Translations under genes and position numbers: made by a program
Source of the DNA: Eledone cirrhosa
Lineage: Eukaryota
Length of the DNA stretch: 64,000 bases
Assembly (NCBI GenBank): GCA_964016885.1
Contig: OZ024756.1
Span: 27,218,001-27,282,000, forward strand
Reading direction: 5' to 3'
In this document: positions 1 to 13,173 of the stretch, piece by piece
Layout: each line of letters begins with the position of its first letter
How positions within the stretch are numbered: position 1 is the first letter of the stretch
Notes under the pieces: generated by a model
The model's database searches: none
Seen by the model: the letters and a program-made list of their open reading frames with translations, nothing else
What the model was told of the DNA's origin: nothing

Positions 1-106
1 TTTATAGTCGATTAAGGCTGTTTGTATACTTAACCACGTGTTGCACACGTTTGGAGGAAACAAAACCAAGATATATACACATATACGTGCTCACACACAT
101 ATATGT

Positions 107-146
<40 letters not shown>

Positions 147-228
147 ATATTTTTGAAAAATAGCTAATAAATAGTGCTTACGTCGTATTTGGCTAAGTAA
201 AATAAGACTCTTCTAAGTAACAATGCAA

Positions 229-635
229 TCAATTTTTTTACATGGAACTGAAACATGGACGCTTTCACCCAAACAACAAAAGCACTTTGATGTCACCAAC
301 ACACGCCTACTGCAACGCATTTAGAGCGTAAGCTGGTAACATCTGACTTTGAAAGAAATATATGCCGGCCTCCCATGCATATCTGTCATTGTACGTAAAA
401 GGAGAGTAAGATGTGCTGGCCACTGCCATCGTGCCACCTATGAGGCTGTGTCCTCATTAGTGCTTTGGAAGCCACAAGCAGTCACTAATAACAGGGGGCG
501 CAAGCTCTCCTACCCTGATATCATCTCCAGAGATTCTGGTATTGAAATCCAGGACTTGGCAACGGCAATGAACGACAGACCCACGTGGAGATCAATCGTT
601 GAGTCGATTTCAGTTGAGGCCGCCGGGGTGATGAA
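229..635 (+). mobile_element. RTE-clade non-LTR retrotransposon, decayed 3' ORF fragment
   Basis: Translates with stops as IFLHGTETWTLS...RRVRCAGHCHR...LVLWKP...RGRKLSYPDII...MNDRPTWRSIV, the typical RTE C-terminal region; a second copy lies at 7748-7965. Confidence 0.8.
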
Positions 636-654
636 ATTCGTCTATTAGTTGGGA

Positions 655-869
655 TTTTAAAAAACCCTCAGAATGAAAAAAAAGGGATGAATATTGACGT
701 ACATGGGACACGAACTCACATCTTTGGTTTCACGAACCACTGTGTTAACAATTACACAAATACGCTGGTTTAATGGTTAACACAGTGGTCCGGCAAACTA
801 AAGATGTGGGTTTGTGTCCCATATCCGTCAATGTTCATCCCTTTTTTTCCACACAGAGGGTTTTTAAAA
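655..869. repeat. Imperfect ~215 bp palindrome made of two inverted tRNA-like segments
   Basis: Arms aaaaccctc...gggatgaatattgacg...aaccactgtgttaac / gttaacacagtggt...cgtcaatgttcatccc...gagggtttt; each arm has A-box-like (tggtttaatggtt) and B-box-like (gggtttgtgtccc) motifs. Confidence 0.65.
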
Positions 870-973
870 AGTAAGGTACTCAATACCTTAGTAGAGTGTA
901 AACATCGTGTTTAATACAAAAATGGCTTCTACAGGACTAGAACTGTTCTACCCGAAAGAAATCACCAGGAAAG

Positions 974-1038
<65 letters not shown>

Positions 1039-1204
1039 TACATATATATATATATAAATATATATACATACCCATATATATATATATGTGTGTGTTTCAT
1101 TTGAAGGAAATCATCAGGAATGCCATTTCTTTATTAAATTTGTTGCATACACTCTACTAATGTATTGAGTACCTTACTTATTACGGTTATTCCCGTTTGA
1201 ACCC

Positions 1205-1267
<63 letters not shown>

Positions 1268-1268
1268 T

Positions 1269-1300
<32 letters not shown>

Positions 1301-1405
1301 AATGTGTGTGTGTGTGTGTGTATATATGTGTGTGAATATACATACACACATAGGTCGAAAGGATAAAAGGCAAATTTAACCTTGCTATTATTTGAACTAA
1401 GAGTA

Positions 1406-1625
1406 GGGCGGTGGATTGGCAGTATCGGTAGAGGTTTGGATGCCATGCATTGCAGCATAGACTTACGGCCCTTTACGGCCCTCGGCGGGATTTACGGCCC
1501 TCCCGGGAGCTCTATATTATATTTTATCTGATGAAAGCACACCATAATTTATCTTGGTGTCCTTGAAATATGTATAATGAAATAAATATGGTTTTATAAA
1601 TATAATTTCCATTTGTTAATATATC

Positions 1626-1691
<66 letters not shown>

Positions 1692-1816
1692 CGAGGATAA
1701 CTTTGCCTTTCATCCTTACGGGGTCGATAAAATAAAGTACCAGTCACGCGCTGGGGGCGATTTGATCGACTTTCCCCTCCTCCAAAATTGCTGGTCTTGT
1801 GTATATATAAGAAACC
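1406..1816 (+). mobile_element. tRNA-derived SINE (family S1) interrupted by a hammerhead cassette and (TA)n
   Basis: Head gggcggtggattggcagtatcggtaga and core gcctttcatccttacggggtcgataaaataaagtacc; 19-bp TSD attatttgaactaagagta at 1387-1405 and 1817-1835. Confidence 0.85.
1520..1584 (+). ncRNA. Type I hammerhead ribozyme motif, family B
   Basis: tattttat CTGATGA aagcacacca-loop-tggtgtcctt GAAA tatgta TA atgaaata; stems I and II pair. Confidence 0.8.
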
Positions 1817-2593
1817 ATTATTTGAACTAAGAGTACAGATAGTCCGCAAAGCATTTGTCCTACGTTACAATGATACGGCCAATTTTCCGCCTCGTTGACA
1901 TGTCGATGGGTCAAACCACAAACTGTTATATGTTGACAGACGCCCACGGGCTTCCATATCTGTTTTAACATTAGAAGGGGATGATGTGCTTATGTCGATG
2001 TAGATGAATTATTACGCTAAGGGATCGTTAAATTTCTCCCTCCATTTCATTTGAGAGGAAGTCAATTTCTGCCCGTCTATGATGTCACAAATAGGTTAAT
2101 ACTCAGCTCGGTCAAAAATAGACATAATTGTTTAAGTAATTCCAACCATTAGGGAATACTATTTTATGGGGTAATTACGTAGTGTATATATGTGTGTGTT
2201 ATATATCTTTTGTGTTTTATATTATTTAATAACTGTTAAATCAGTCATACACACACATGTACATCAAGTCCGAACTCAGAGGAACCAAACTCCCACTGCC
2301 ACCACCTCCGACTCTCCCGCTCTCTCCATCTCTCATTATTATGAGCAAATGAGGGCACACGTGCTGTATTTCCTTGTTGAACGGAAATCCTAAAACCTTT
2401 CCTGTGTCAGCGATACGAAAATTGCATTGAAGTTAATTATTATCCGGGGTAGTGGATTGAGTGAATCGGTAGAGCGTCGGACAACATGCTTTGGAGCATG
2501 TAGTTACGACGCTAAATAAAACATTTATACTTTATCTGTTTGTAATTATTTATGTCTCAAATCCTTGAAACATCTCACACACACACACACACG

Positions 2594-2648
<55 letters not shown>

Positions 2649-2689
2649 GATATATTAACAAATGGAAATTATATTTATAAAACCATATT

Positions 2690-2754
2690 TATTTCATTAT
2701 ACATATTTCAAGGACACAGAGTTAAATTATGGTGTGCTTTCATCAGATAAAATA
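2690..2754 (-). ncRNA. Type I hammerhead motif, family B
   Basis: Reverse complement reads tattttat CTGATGA aagcacacca...tgtgtcctt GAAA tatgta TA atgaaata. Confidence 0.72.
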
Positions 2755-2842
2755 TAATATAGAGCTCCCGGGAGCTTCCAACAGAAATGGTCGCATTCTT
2801 TAAGGGTATGTCAATATTTATTTATAAAACTGCTCTATATTA

Positions 2843-2908
2843 TATTTTATCTGATGAAAGCGCACCATAATTTACCTTGGTCGCCCTTGAAATATATATA
2901 ATAAAATA
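2843..2908 (+). ncRNA. Type I hammerhead motif, family B
   Basis: tattttat CTGATGA aagcgcacca...tggtcgccctt GAAA tatata TA ataaaata. Confidence 0.75.
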
Positions 2909-3059
2909 ATTATGGTTTTATAAATATAGTTTCCATTTGTTAATATATCGTATTTTTACTCCAATAATTTGTTGAGTGCTTTATATCAGTTATAAAAATA
3001 TTTTCTTATTGTATCCCAAAAATTTAAATAGAACTTCTACATATATATATATATATATA

Positions 3060-3690
3060 TAACGAAGGAAATGTGGTAAGGAACCAGGTGGACCATAACG
3101 CACCAAAGTACTCAATACTTGAGGTAGTAGAGTGGGTAATAGGAACCAGTAAGACCCCGACAGCTGAGCTCAAGCCGTTTCGACGGCTAATTCTGGACTA
3201 AATGAAAATTTATCCTGGTATTTAAATAGCCGATCTTCTCAAGGGGTAATTCCATATATGGTCAAAGTGATTGTCAAAAATCAGTAGTAATTCTGTGGTT
3301 GCAAATTAGTAGGGGAGATGGTGGCTAAACCTGCCAGTAGGAGAAAGAGGGGAGGGGGTGGAGTAGACCCAATCAAGCGTTGGTAGTGCCAGCTACAGCT
3401 GGGCATGAGGTCAAAGAAGATACAGGGGAGGGGGAGGGGGAGGGGGAGGAAGTCGGAACGGTAGGTAGAACAATGGGGGGTAGAAATAGGAAAGAAAAAA
3501 TACTGAGAGTGAAGAAAAGCAAATAAGTGTAAAGGAAAAAAGTAAAGTAAATTAAATTCTACGACCTAGGTGTCAGGCTATTGTTAGGCGAGAATAAAAT
3601 AAAGAAAGAAAGAAAGAAGTAAATAAATAAATAAATAAATAAGGAAATAAGTAAGAGAACTAGGTGGGACGGATAAGGCAAGGACCCTTA
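3060..3690 (-). mobile_element. Longest copy of family F (TA)n-embedded cassette (putative Penelope-like pseudo-LTR remnant)
   Basis: Shares its 3' end (...gtattgagtactttggtgcgttatggtccacctggttccttaccacatttccttcgtTA) with copies at 19641-19791, 35124-35322, 41731-41865, 47115-47292, 52136-52227, 53339-53536, 62773-62920 and 63562-63775; flanked by (TA)n. Confidence 0.7.
3154..3247 (-). ncRNA. Type I hammerhead with U3:A8 core and extended stem II, family F
   Basis: Reverse complement: acccc TTGAGAA ga(t)cggcta...inner hairpin...tagccgtc GAAA cggct tgagctc agctg TC ggggt. Confidence 0.78.
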
Positions 3691-3755
3691 TATATATATA
3701 TATATATATATATATGAGGTGTGAGAAAAACCACAAACCTTTCATCTCAATTCTA

Positions 3756-3791
3756 CTTTTGAAAAGCAGAACAACCGCGAAACCGGTAAAG
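3756..3791 (+). ncRNA. Minimal hammerhead with U3:A8 core, family E
   Basis: ctt TTGAAAA gcag aacaa ccgc GAAA ccgg TA aag; lies in a ~205 bp cassette (3720-3924) repeated at 39531-39743. Confidence 0.65.
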
Positions 3792-4024
3792 GAAACAAAT
3801 AAATATATATTTAAAAAAAAAAGACTCCAGTTGCATTTTCGATTTGATCTTTTTTCCTTATACTTTCACTCGTGTAGGACACCTCGGTTATTTTTCATTT
3901 TGTAAACAAAACCTCACTTTCTAATATATATACATATATAAAAGGTAAACAGAAATAATAACACAATCGGTACAGTATATGGGAGGAATATATTAGGTTA
4001 ACGCTTGACATAGCAGGAAGACGG

Positions 4025-4060
4025 TCTTAACGTTTCGGACTGTAGTCCTTCATCAGAAGA
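4025..4060 (-). ncRNA. Minimal hammerhead motif, family D
   Basis: Reverse complement: tctt CTGATGA a ggac taca gtcc GAAA cg TT aaga; palindromic AACGTT stem III. Confidence 0.78.
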
Positions 4061-4220
4061 AAGAATGAGAAATAAGATAGATTGTAGAGACGTCTTTAGA
4101 TAAAAATAACAGCTCCATTCATGTTGACATCTCATATACAAACATACTTACATACATACCTACATACCTACATACCTACATGCATACATACATACATACA
4201 TACATACATACATACATACA

Positions 4221-4251
<31 letters not shown>

Positions 4252-4500
4252 GGATTGAGAGGGATGAGGCTGCGTAGTTACTGATAACGGGAACACAAAC
4301 AAGAGATAGAGATTTTCCCTTCATCAGTTGTCTACTACGGATCACGGATGTTTCAGCGCATTATAGACAATACATCTATCCTTAGCGCGCCCATAACATA
4401 TTATCAACAAGTTACGAGGGAACGAAAAGACGAAAAAGAGAAAAAAAAATATATATATATAAAGAATTCGAAGTTTGAAAGCCACGAAAATGCTGATTGG

Positions 4501-4555
<55 letters not shown>

Positions 4556-5188
4556 CTATATATATATACTATATATATATATACTATATATATATATACT
4601 ATATATATATACTATATATATATACTATATATATACTATATATATATACTATATATATATACTATATATATATACTATATATATATACTATATATATATA
4701 CTATATATATATACTATATATATATACTATATATATACTATATATATACTATATATATATACTATATATATACTATATATATACTATATATATACTATAT
4801 ATATAGTATATATATATACTATATATATACTATATATATACTATATATATACTATATATATACTATATATATACTATATATATATACTATATATATATAC
4901 TATATATATACTATATATATATACTATATATATACTATATATATATATATATACTATATATATATATACTATATATATATATATATACTATATATATACT
5001 ATATATATATATATATACTATATATATATATACTATATATATATATATATACTATATATATATATATATACTATATACTATATATATATATATACTATAT
5101 ATATATATATACTATATGTATACTATATACTATATATATATATATATATACCATATATATATATATATACCATATATATATATATATA

Positions 5189-5230
<42 letters not shown>

Positions 5231-5265
5231 TATATACTATATATATACTATATATATTCTATATA

Positions 5266-5317
<52 letters not shown>
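4501..5317. repeat. Interrupted (TA)n microsatellite array
   Basis: (TA)n punctuated by single C residues. Confidence 0.95.
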
Positions 5318-5320
<3 letters not shown>

Positions 5321-5774
5321 GGAGGTGAGTTTTATTGTAGTACAATAAAGCAATGCAGATATCGGATAAGAAGCACTCTACAGTTTGTGGGACTGGAGTA
5401 TGCATAATATAATATAATATATATATATAATATATAATATAATATATAATATAATATATATATATATACTAGGAAAAGAAATTCATAGTATTTGGAAATT
5501 TTTCCTTTAAAACATGATCTAAATTGTAAGTGTGTTATGTGAACAACCTCTGACCTGAGAATGTAGACCCCGACTTGGCTCTTCCATATATGGTTGGCTC
5601 TTCCATATATATTATATAACAGATGTACTGACGGGTTGTGACACCTGGCCTGGCACTGCTTTATATCTCAGGGATTATAGGGTAACATGTAAACCTAAAA
5701 TAATAAACTATCTATCTTACTTACTAAAATAATAAATTTTCTCTAAAATCAAATAAAAATAATATAAAAATAAT

Positions 5775-6048
5775 AATTGTTTCTATTTTTTGGCACAAGG
5801 CCAGCAATTACGCAGTACATTACTGGTACTTTATTTTATCGACCCCGTAAGGATGAAAGGCAAAGTTAACCTCGGTGGGATTTGAACTCAGAACGTAAAG
5901 GACCATAATTCCTATGCTGCCAATCCACCGCCTTCACCACCCTCTAATAATAATAATAATAGTTGTTTCTACATTTGGCACAAGGCCAGCAATTCGAAGT
6001 GATGGGGAAAGTCGCTTAAATCGACCCCAGTGCATTACTGGTGCTTTA
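5775..6048 (-). mobile_element. Two S1 SINE copies, one partial
   Basis: ttgtttcta...ggcacaaggccagcaatt...ttttatcgaccccgtaaggatgaaaggcaaagttaacctcgg...ctgccaatccaccgcc. Confidence 0.8.
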
Positions 6049-6574
6049 ATAATAATAAAGTTAACCTAAAACTACGTATTTATGAGAAAACCCTACACTA
6101 CAATGAACTGATACAGACACGAGAGCAACTAAGCGATGATTAATAAGATGTATATCTTACTAACTTGACAACAACCAGGGCTTTACCAGACAGGATGATA
6201 ACCCGCCAACTTAAAACATAATTGCTTCAATACATCCATTATTAATCTACGATTCCTTTAAAAACCTTTAAGTTTATTACATATTTATCACCAGCCCTTG
6301 TGTGAAGGTGCGTGACCTTGCGGTGAGGGTATTCGACTTACGTTTGTAAGTTCCATTACCGTGTTAATAGGTTGACGTTTTGGATTTTTTAAAAATGTGA
6401 AAAATGTGGAAAAAAATGTGAAAAAATGTGAAAAAATGTTTATCGTATCAGATTTTAGCCCTTCGTCAGGAGTGGACAAATAGAGAGATGAGAAAAAAAA
6501 AATAAAATAAAATAGAAAATGTGAGTGTGTGCACGCGCGTAAAGGTAAAGACCCCCTTCGGTCAGGAATAGCGA

Positions 6575-6869
6575 TAGATTTGCACCTAGAAAGTTCCCCT
6601 CCGAGGCACAAGTCCGTGCAAGGTTGTTTGTGGAAGACCAGCAGTCACCCATGCATACCAGCCGTCTCCTCACCACGTCACAGATGTTGTCCAAGGGAAA
6701 GGCTAAGGCCGATACAGCTTGGCACCAGTGACATCGCAACTCATTTCTGCAGCTGAGTAAACTGGATCAACGTGAAATAAAGTGTCTTGCTCAAGAACAC
6801 AGCGCAAAACCCGGTCCGGGAATCGAACTCATGACCTCGCGATTGTAAGCCCGACCCTTTAACCACACC

Positions 6870-6870
<1 letters not shown>
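6575..6870 (-). mobile_element. tRNA-derived SINE family S2 with CORE/MIR-like central block
   Basis: Reverse complement has tRNA-like gtggttaaaggg...gagttcgattccc followed by gttcttgagcaagacactttatttcacgttg; related copies at 13740-13880, 36690-36940, 52410-52622 and 58945-59260. Confidence 0.7.
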
Positions 6871-6911
<41 letters not shown>

Positions 6912-7373
6912 TCACACACATATGACATGCATATACACAGACATATACTAACGCACAAAAATACTTTGTACATTCACACACACATTCACATCTTTTGTAG
7001 AGCATGCCTGGGGCAATGTTGGGTTAAAAATTTGTCATTTCTGAACCAAACACATCTGAAACCTAAGCCCCTTAGATATGTGTGATGTGGGATGGAGGTG
7101 GGGGGTGGGTGGTTCAGGTGTGTTTGCTTGTTTCTTGTGTGTCTTTCTACACAGGAAGTAACATTCTTGTAATAAGAAATGGAATAGAAACTTTAGCAAC
7201 AACTAACTGTAAATATATCAATATATCTAGCTAAAGAAAGTTTTTACTCATAGATGATAATAAAAAAAGGGGGTTGGGGTGGAAGATAAGTGACGGGTTG
7301 ACTTGAAGAACGGGTTTGTCTTCTATATATATGTGTGTATGTGTAATATATATATATATATATTTAGGGGTAC

Positions 7374-7429
<56 letters not shown>

Positions 7430-7747
7430 ATATATATATATGTATGTGTGTTTATAATGTGTATATATATATATATATATATATACATAAGGACGAAAAA
7501 TAAACGGGCGTAAGTTACATCAGACAATTAGCGTGAAAGGAACAAGAAAATGGAGCGTTACCTCAGGTGATCTAGTTGAAAAGTGAAGCATGGAAGCTGT
7601 CTTAAATAAAGAATCCAGTTATTAAACTGGAATAAGGACGAGACATGAAGGAACAAGACGCCAAAGCAAAGACATATGATTAGAGAAACACGACCTCGTC
7701 GATGGTCAGTGAAAGAAAAGGGGAGATAATTTAGGCAAAAATATGTA

Positions 7748-7965
7748 GGTAAAAGGAGAGTAAGATTTGCTGGCCACTGCCATCGTGCCACCTATGAGGC
7801 TGTGTCCGCATTAGTGCTTTGGAAACCACAACCAGTCACTAATAACAGGGGGCGCAAGCTCTCCTATCCTGATGTCATCTCCAGAGATTCTGGTATTGAA
7901 ATCCAGGACTTGGCAATGAATGACAGACCTACGTAGAGATCAATTGTGAGGCTGCCGGATGATGG
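7748..7965 (+). mobile_element. RTE 3' fragment (same family as 229-635)
   Basis: Near-identical to ~395-635 (gtaaaaggagagtaagat...ccaggacttggcaa). Confidence 0.8.
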
Positions 7966-8203
7966 AAGGTCAGAGAGAAAACAAATGCTCACCGTGGTTG
8001 ATACAAAAGCAAACTCGGAAGAAGTAGTTCGTTTCGTCAGAAAATATTGTAAATCAAATTAGACAATACAAACAAATAAACAATTTCCGTCCTTAAGCCA
8101 TCCGTTCTCAACATGGATCAATATTCTTTCATGAAATAAAACAAAATCATTGAAGGATTGTTTGACACAAGTTTGTCAATCTGTAATTGGTTTTTAAGAA
8201 TGA

Positions 8204-9112
8204 ATGGTTTCTTATATTAGCACAAGTCCAGCAATTTTTGGGGAGGGGCGGTCGATTAAATCGATCCCAGTGCGTGACTGGTACTTTATTTTATCGACCC
8301 CGTAAGGATGAAAGGCAAAGTTAACCTCGGTGGGATTTGAACTCAGATCATAAAGGGCCGTAACTCTATGCTGCAAAGCCTGGCGTCCGACCCTCTACCG
8401 ATACTGCCAATCCACCACCCTTTTTTAAAGAATTAACCGTAGACCAGAATTAAAGAATTAATCATAGACCAACGTTATGAATGACTACATGCGCTTAATG
8501 TGTTATTATTATTTGTGGGGGGGGGGGGGTATCCGCTCGGGCTGAGGAGAAACCCTTTGCGTTCAGAGTTCAAATCCCACCGAGGTCAGCTTTACCTTTC
8601 ATCCTTAAGGAGTTGATAAATAAAGTACCAGTAACGCACTGGTGAGATTTAATCGACTCCCCTCCCTTTCAAATTGCTGGCCTTGTGTCTAATGTAGAAA
8701 CAATTATTTGTGAGGGAAAGATTTATCCGCTCGGGGTGAGGAGAAACCCTTTAAGTTCTGAGTTCAAATCCTGCCGAGAGCAGCTTTAAGGGGTCGATAA
8801 AATAAAATACCAGTAATGCACTGGGGTCGATTTATTCGTCTTTCCCTTCTCCCAAATTTGTTGTGCCTAAATCAGAAAGCAATATTTGTGGGGGAGGGTA
8901 ACGGCAGTGGATTGGCAGCAGTATTGGTAGAGCATCGGACACCATGCTTCGGAGCATAGAGTTACGAACCTTTACGTTCTGAGTTCAAATCCTTTCATCC
9001 TTACAGGGTCGATAAAATAAAGCACCAGTAATGCACTGAAGGTAGATTTAATAGACTTTCCCCTAACCCTTCCAAAATAAATTGTTGACCTTATGCCTAA
9101 ATCAGAACCCAT
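8204..9112. mobile_element. Cluster of four S1 SINE copies (one minus, three tandem plus)
   Basis: Repeated gagttcaaatcc...ggtcgataaaataaa...agaaac cores separated by attatttgtg(g)-like target motifs. Confidence 0.8.
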
Positions 9113-9283
9113 TATCTGGGGGTGGGCATTGTTTTCATTCTTGTTGTTTCACACTTTTAACATTTATATACGAAATATTCGAAATTTATTGCGAATTTCA
9201 GTTTGTATTTTTCAAATTTTGAAATAGAATTGTGCTCTTTTACGCCACCCATACTTACATCTAGCAGCACACCATGTAGGAAC

Positions 9284-9368
9284 TATTGGGTCGTCAAGTA
9301 TGAACTTTGTAGAAAAAAACAAAGTTTGTTAATGCCTCCCTACAAATTTCATACTTGACAACACAGTA
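9284..9368. mobile_element. ~80 bp mariner-type MITE
   Basis: TIR TATTGGGTCGTCAAGTATGAA / TTCATACTTGACAACACAGTA; relatives at 24269-24351 and 34841-34884. Confidence 0.65.
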
Positions 9369-9936
9369 CTTTCCTAAACTCTAAAAGTTTTTGAACGATA
9401 TTGGTATGGTATGGTCCCGTAACTCCTGAGGGAGTCGTAGGGGCGCCATATTGACATACGGCGTTTCTAGGGCATTTTTTTAAAACCTGGCGGAGACTAT
9501 CTTCTTTCCAGGCCTGAATACTGTAGATTTCTTTCAGAGAAGGATAGAGAGAGAGAGTGAAAGAAAAGAAGTGAGAAAGAGATATAGAGGAAGAATCGAC
9601 CCCAGTATTTGACTAGTATTTTTTTTTTTATGGACCATGAATGGATGAAAGGAAAAGTTGACCTCGCCGGGATTTGAGCTGAGAGAGCAGAGAGCCGAAA
9701 TGAATATTACAAAGCATTCTATCCAACGTTCCAACAACTCTGCCAATTCGCCGCCTATTTGAAAAATATTAGCCCTGGGTAAATCTTACAAAGTGGGTAA
9801 CGATTCCATCTTAAACACACGTTTAAAACTAATCTATTTTTGCTGCCATAAATCAAACCCTTCGTTGAGGAATCTTAAAATGCTTAACTGTTGTATGTCG
9901 AACAGATATGTACGATAATAAATTACGCTCCAAATT

Positions 9937-10016
9937 TAGGGTGTCCCCCAAAAAATGTATACACACTTCAACAACATTTTAATCAAATTGTGTATACATT
10001 TTTTTGGGACACCCTG
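9937..10016. mobile_element. ~80 bp Tc1/mariner-type MITE
   Basis: TIR AGGGTGTCCC...AAAAATGTATACAC / GTGTATACATTTTT...GGGACACCCTG followed by TA; second copy at 33131-33211. Confidence 0.7.
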
Positions 10017-10200
10017 TATATCAGCACTTTCTTTTGTTAACGTTCATATGCCATTCAATATTTTAATCTTTACAAATGGGTAAACTTCATTGAACTTTTT
10101 CCAAACAGCTAGCCGGCTGAACTTTAGACTCACCTGTATATTGTTGCTGAACGATTTGCTATTAATCTAACAAGCAGAAAAACTATATACATACATACAT

Positions 10201-10427
<227 letters not shown>

Positions 10428-10620
10428 TATACACATATCTATATATATATATATACATATATACATATACACATATATTTAAAGGTTAAACAAGGTTCAA
10501 TGAATAAATCAAAGAATAAAGCTTTACAATAGATTAGAAGCACTCCAAGGGAATGGTTTTCCGGAGTTATTAATATTAATTCAAAATATTAACAAAAATA
10601 GACATTCGTGTGATCAAGTA

Positions 10621-10687
10621 TATTTTATTATACATATTTCAGAGGTACTGAGCTATCTTCAACAGTACATCCTCATCAGATAAAATA
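10621..10687 (-). ncRNA. Type I hammerhead, divergent family B member
   Basis: Reverse complement: tattttat CTGATGA ggatgtactg-loop-cagtacctct GAAA tatgta TA ataaaata; stem II sequence replaced but still paired. Confidence 0.8.
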
Positions 10688-10739
10688 AGATGATGCATGA
10701 CATACCCTGACTAAGTAGATGGTTAAAATTCAGTCAGGG

Positions 10740-10785
<46 letters not shown>

Positions 10786-10913
10786 TTATTCCGGGTTGAA
10801 TCGGAGGTAACCACAGTAAGTAAGGTACTCAATACATAGCAGAGTATAACAGTTTTAATATAGAAGAGCTTCTACAGGACTAGAACTGTTTCATTCGTGA
10901 GAAATCATCAAGA

Positions 10914-10964
10914 AGCTTCCTGATGATTTCTCACGAATGAAACAGTTCTAGTCCTGTAGAAGCT
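10914..10964 (+). ncRNA. Type I hammerhead motif, family A (antisense partner at 10867-10917)
   Basis: agcttc CTGATGA t ttc tcac gaa t GAAA cag ttctagtc ctg TA gaagct. Confidence 0.78.
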
Positions 10965-10965
10965 C

Positions 10966-11062
<97 letters not shown>

Positions 11063-11554
11063 GTGATACACATATAGATATATACACATATAGATAGATA
11101 CACATATAGATAGATAGATAGATAGATATAAGAAGTGAGCTAGAGTTCTGCACAGTGGCGTTAGAATCTCACAAACGAACATAACACGACATAAGACAAG
11201 ATAAAGATGCTAATCTAATAAGTAAAATAAACGTTTTGCTACTAAGTTCACATGCTACGGCTGTTAGTGATGATGAAACATTCCTCTGAAACGTCACACA
11301 GAAATATAGAATAACACGAAGAACTCATGTTGTGTTGGGGAATAATCTGAGATTAAACCATAAAACATTAATTATAAGTTCTTCCTAAAAATCACATTTA
11401 CCAGATGTTAAAGAAATGATTTATTTGAAAGTGTAATGTATTCTTTGAAACAAGAGAAGCGGAAATCGGTAGTACTAAACAGTATACAGACACGTATATT
11501 TTCGACTGAAAAAATCTTTTTCCTTTCTACTATTTGTTTATATATATATAGTAA

Positions 11555-11708
11555 TAATTGTTTCTACTTTAGGCACAAGGCCAGCAATTACCCAGTGCAT
11601 TACTGGTACTTTATTTTATCGACCCCGTAAGGATGAAAGGCAAAGTCAACCTCGGCGGGATTTGAACTCAGATCGTAAAGGGACGTACCGATACTGCCAA
11701 TCCACCGC
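11555..11708 (-). mobile_element. S1 SINE
   Basis: S1 consensus with an internal deletion. Confidence 0.8.
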
Positions 11709-11862
11709 GTAATAATAATAATAAATTTGAAGACTAAAATCCAAAGAGGGCTCGATAAGGATAAATATATATCAAATATATAAGAACCGTAGAGCAAATA
11801 TTTATTAAAATAACAGATTAAAGTTTAAGCAAAGAATCGCTGCTTTCACCCTTAACGGGATC

Positions 11863-11907
11863 TTCTGAAGATCCCGTTAAGGGTGAAAGCAGCGATTCTT
11901 TGCTTAA
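11863..11907 (+). ncRNA. Hammerhead motif, family G, at the centre of palindrome 11804-11928
   Basis: tt CTGAAGA t ccc gttaa ggg t GAAA gca gcgattctt tgc TT aa; the native 5' strand of stem I appears lost at the fold. Confidence 0.6.
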
Positions 11908-11954
11908 ATTTTAATCTGTTATTTTAATATATATATATATGTGTGTGTGTATGG

Positions 11955-12015
<61 letters not shown>

Positions 12016-12576
12016 CGTGTATGTGCCATCGCCAGACAACCACTAAAAGCCATCAATAATCAAAGACATTCCAGCCGTGACGATCCCATCATTCTGGAAG
12101 TATCTTGGCTAATATTACCGTTACCCTTGTACAGCATATATACTTAAGCTCCTCCAATCCCCAAACTGTAACGGAAGCTCTGTGTCAAACAAAGCAGTGG
12201 CATTCCAACCACGACCACTCTGAATTTTTTTTTTTTTTTTAGATAAGTAGAAAAACAAACAATGACTGCTTTTTTTGTCTGAATTTTTTTTAATTTTCTG
12301 TTTTTAGTTTTGAGGAAAACTTGGTTTCTGTTTCAAAGATCTGCGTCGTTGGCTTCTGTAGCGATGAAACGGTGTATTGTATGAGTCTGTTAAAGATATA
12401 CAGGTGGAGCACAACTGACAGGTGAACTACTACTCTAATAGTCATTCACCTCATTCAGTCTTGTATTACAAACCAAAGATTTTGCTACCTTTTCTCTCAC
12501 TCTTATTCATAACACACTGTACACGTAACATATAAAAACACAAACAACGCTGTCTGCTCTAATACCCACCTCTCAC

Positions 12577-12625
<49 letters not shown>

Positions 12626-12810
12626 TATATATATATACATAAATATATATATATATATATGTGAATATATATATGTGTATGTATATATATATATAAATAT
12701 ATGTATATATATATATACATAAATATATATATATATACATAAATATATATATATATATATATTGGTCGGAGTATCGCTAGGAGTATCGCTAATAGCTTTC
12801 TCTGTTTATC

Positions 12811-12882
<72 letters not shown>

Positions 12883-12938
12883 TAACAGATTAAAGTTTAT
12901 ATATATATATATATATATATATTAAAATAACAGATTAA

Positions 12939-12995
<57 letters not shown>

Positions 12996-13088
12996 GCGCA
13001 CGCGCAAATAAATATCCCAAAAGATATTTATGAACAGATATGTGTGTGTGTTTGTATATATATATATAGATATCTATATATATATAAG

Positions 13089-13173
<85 letters not shown>

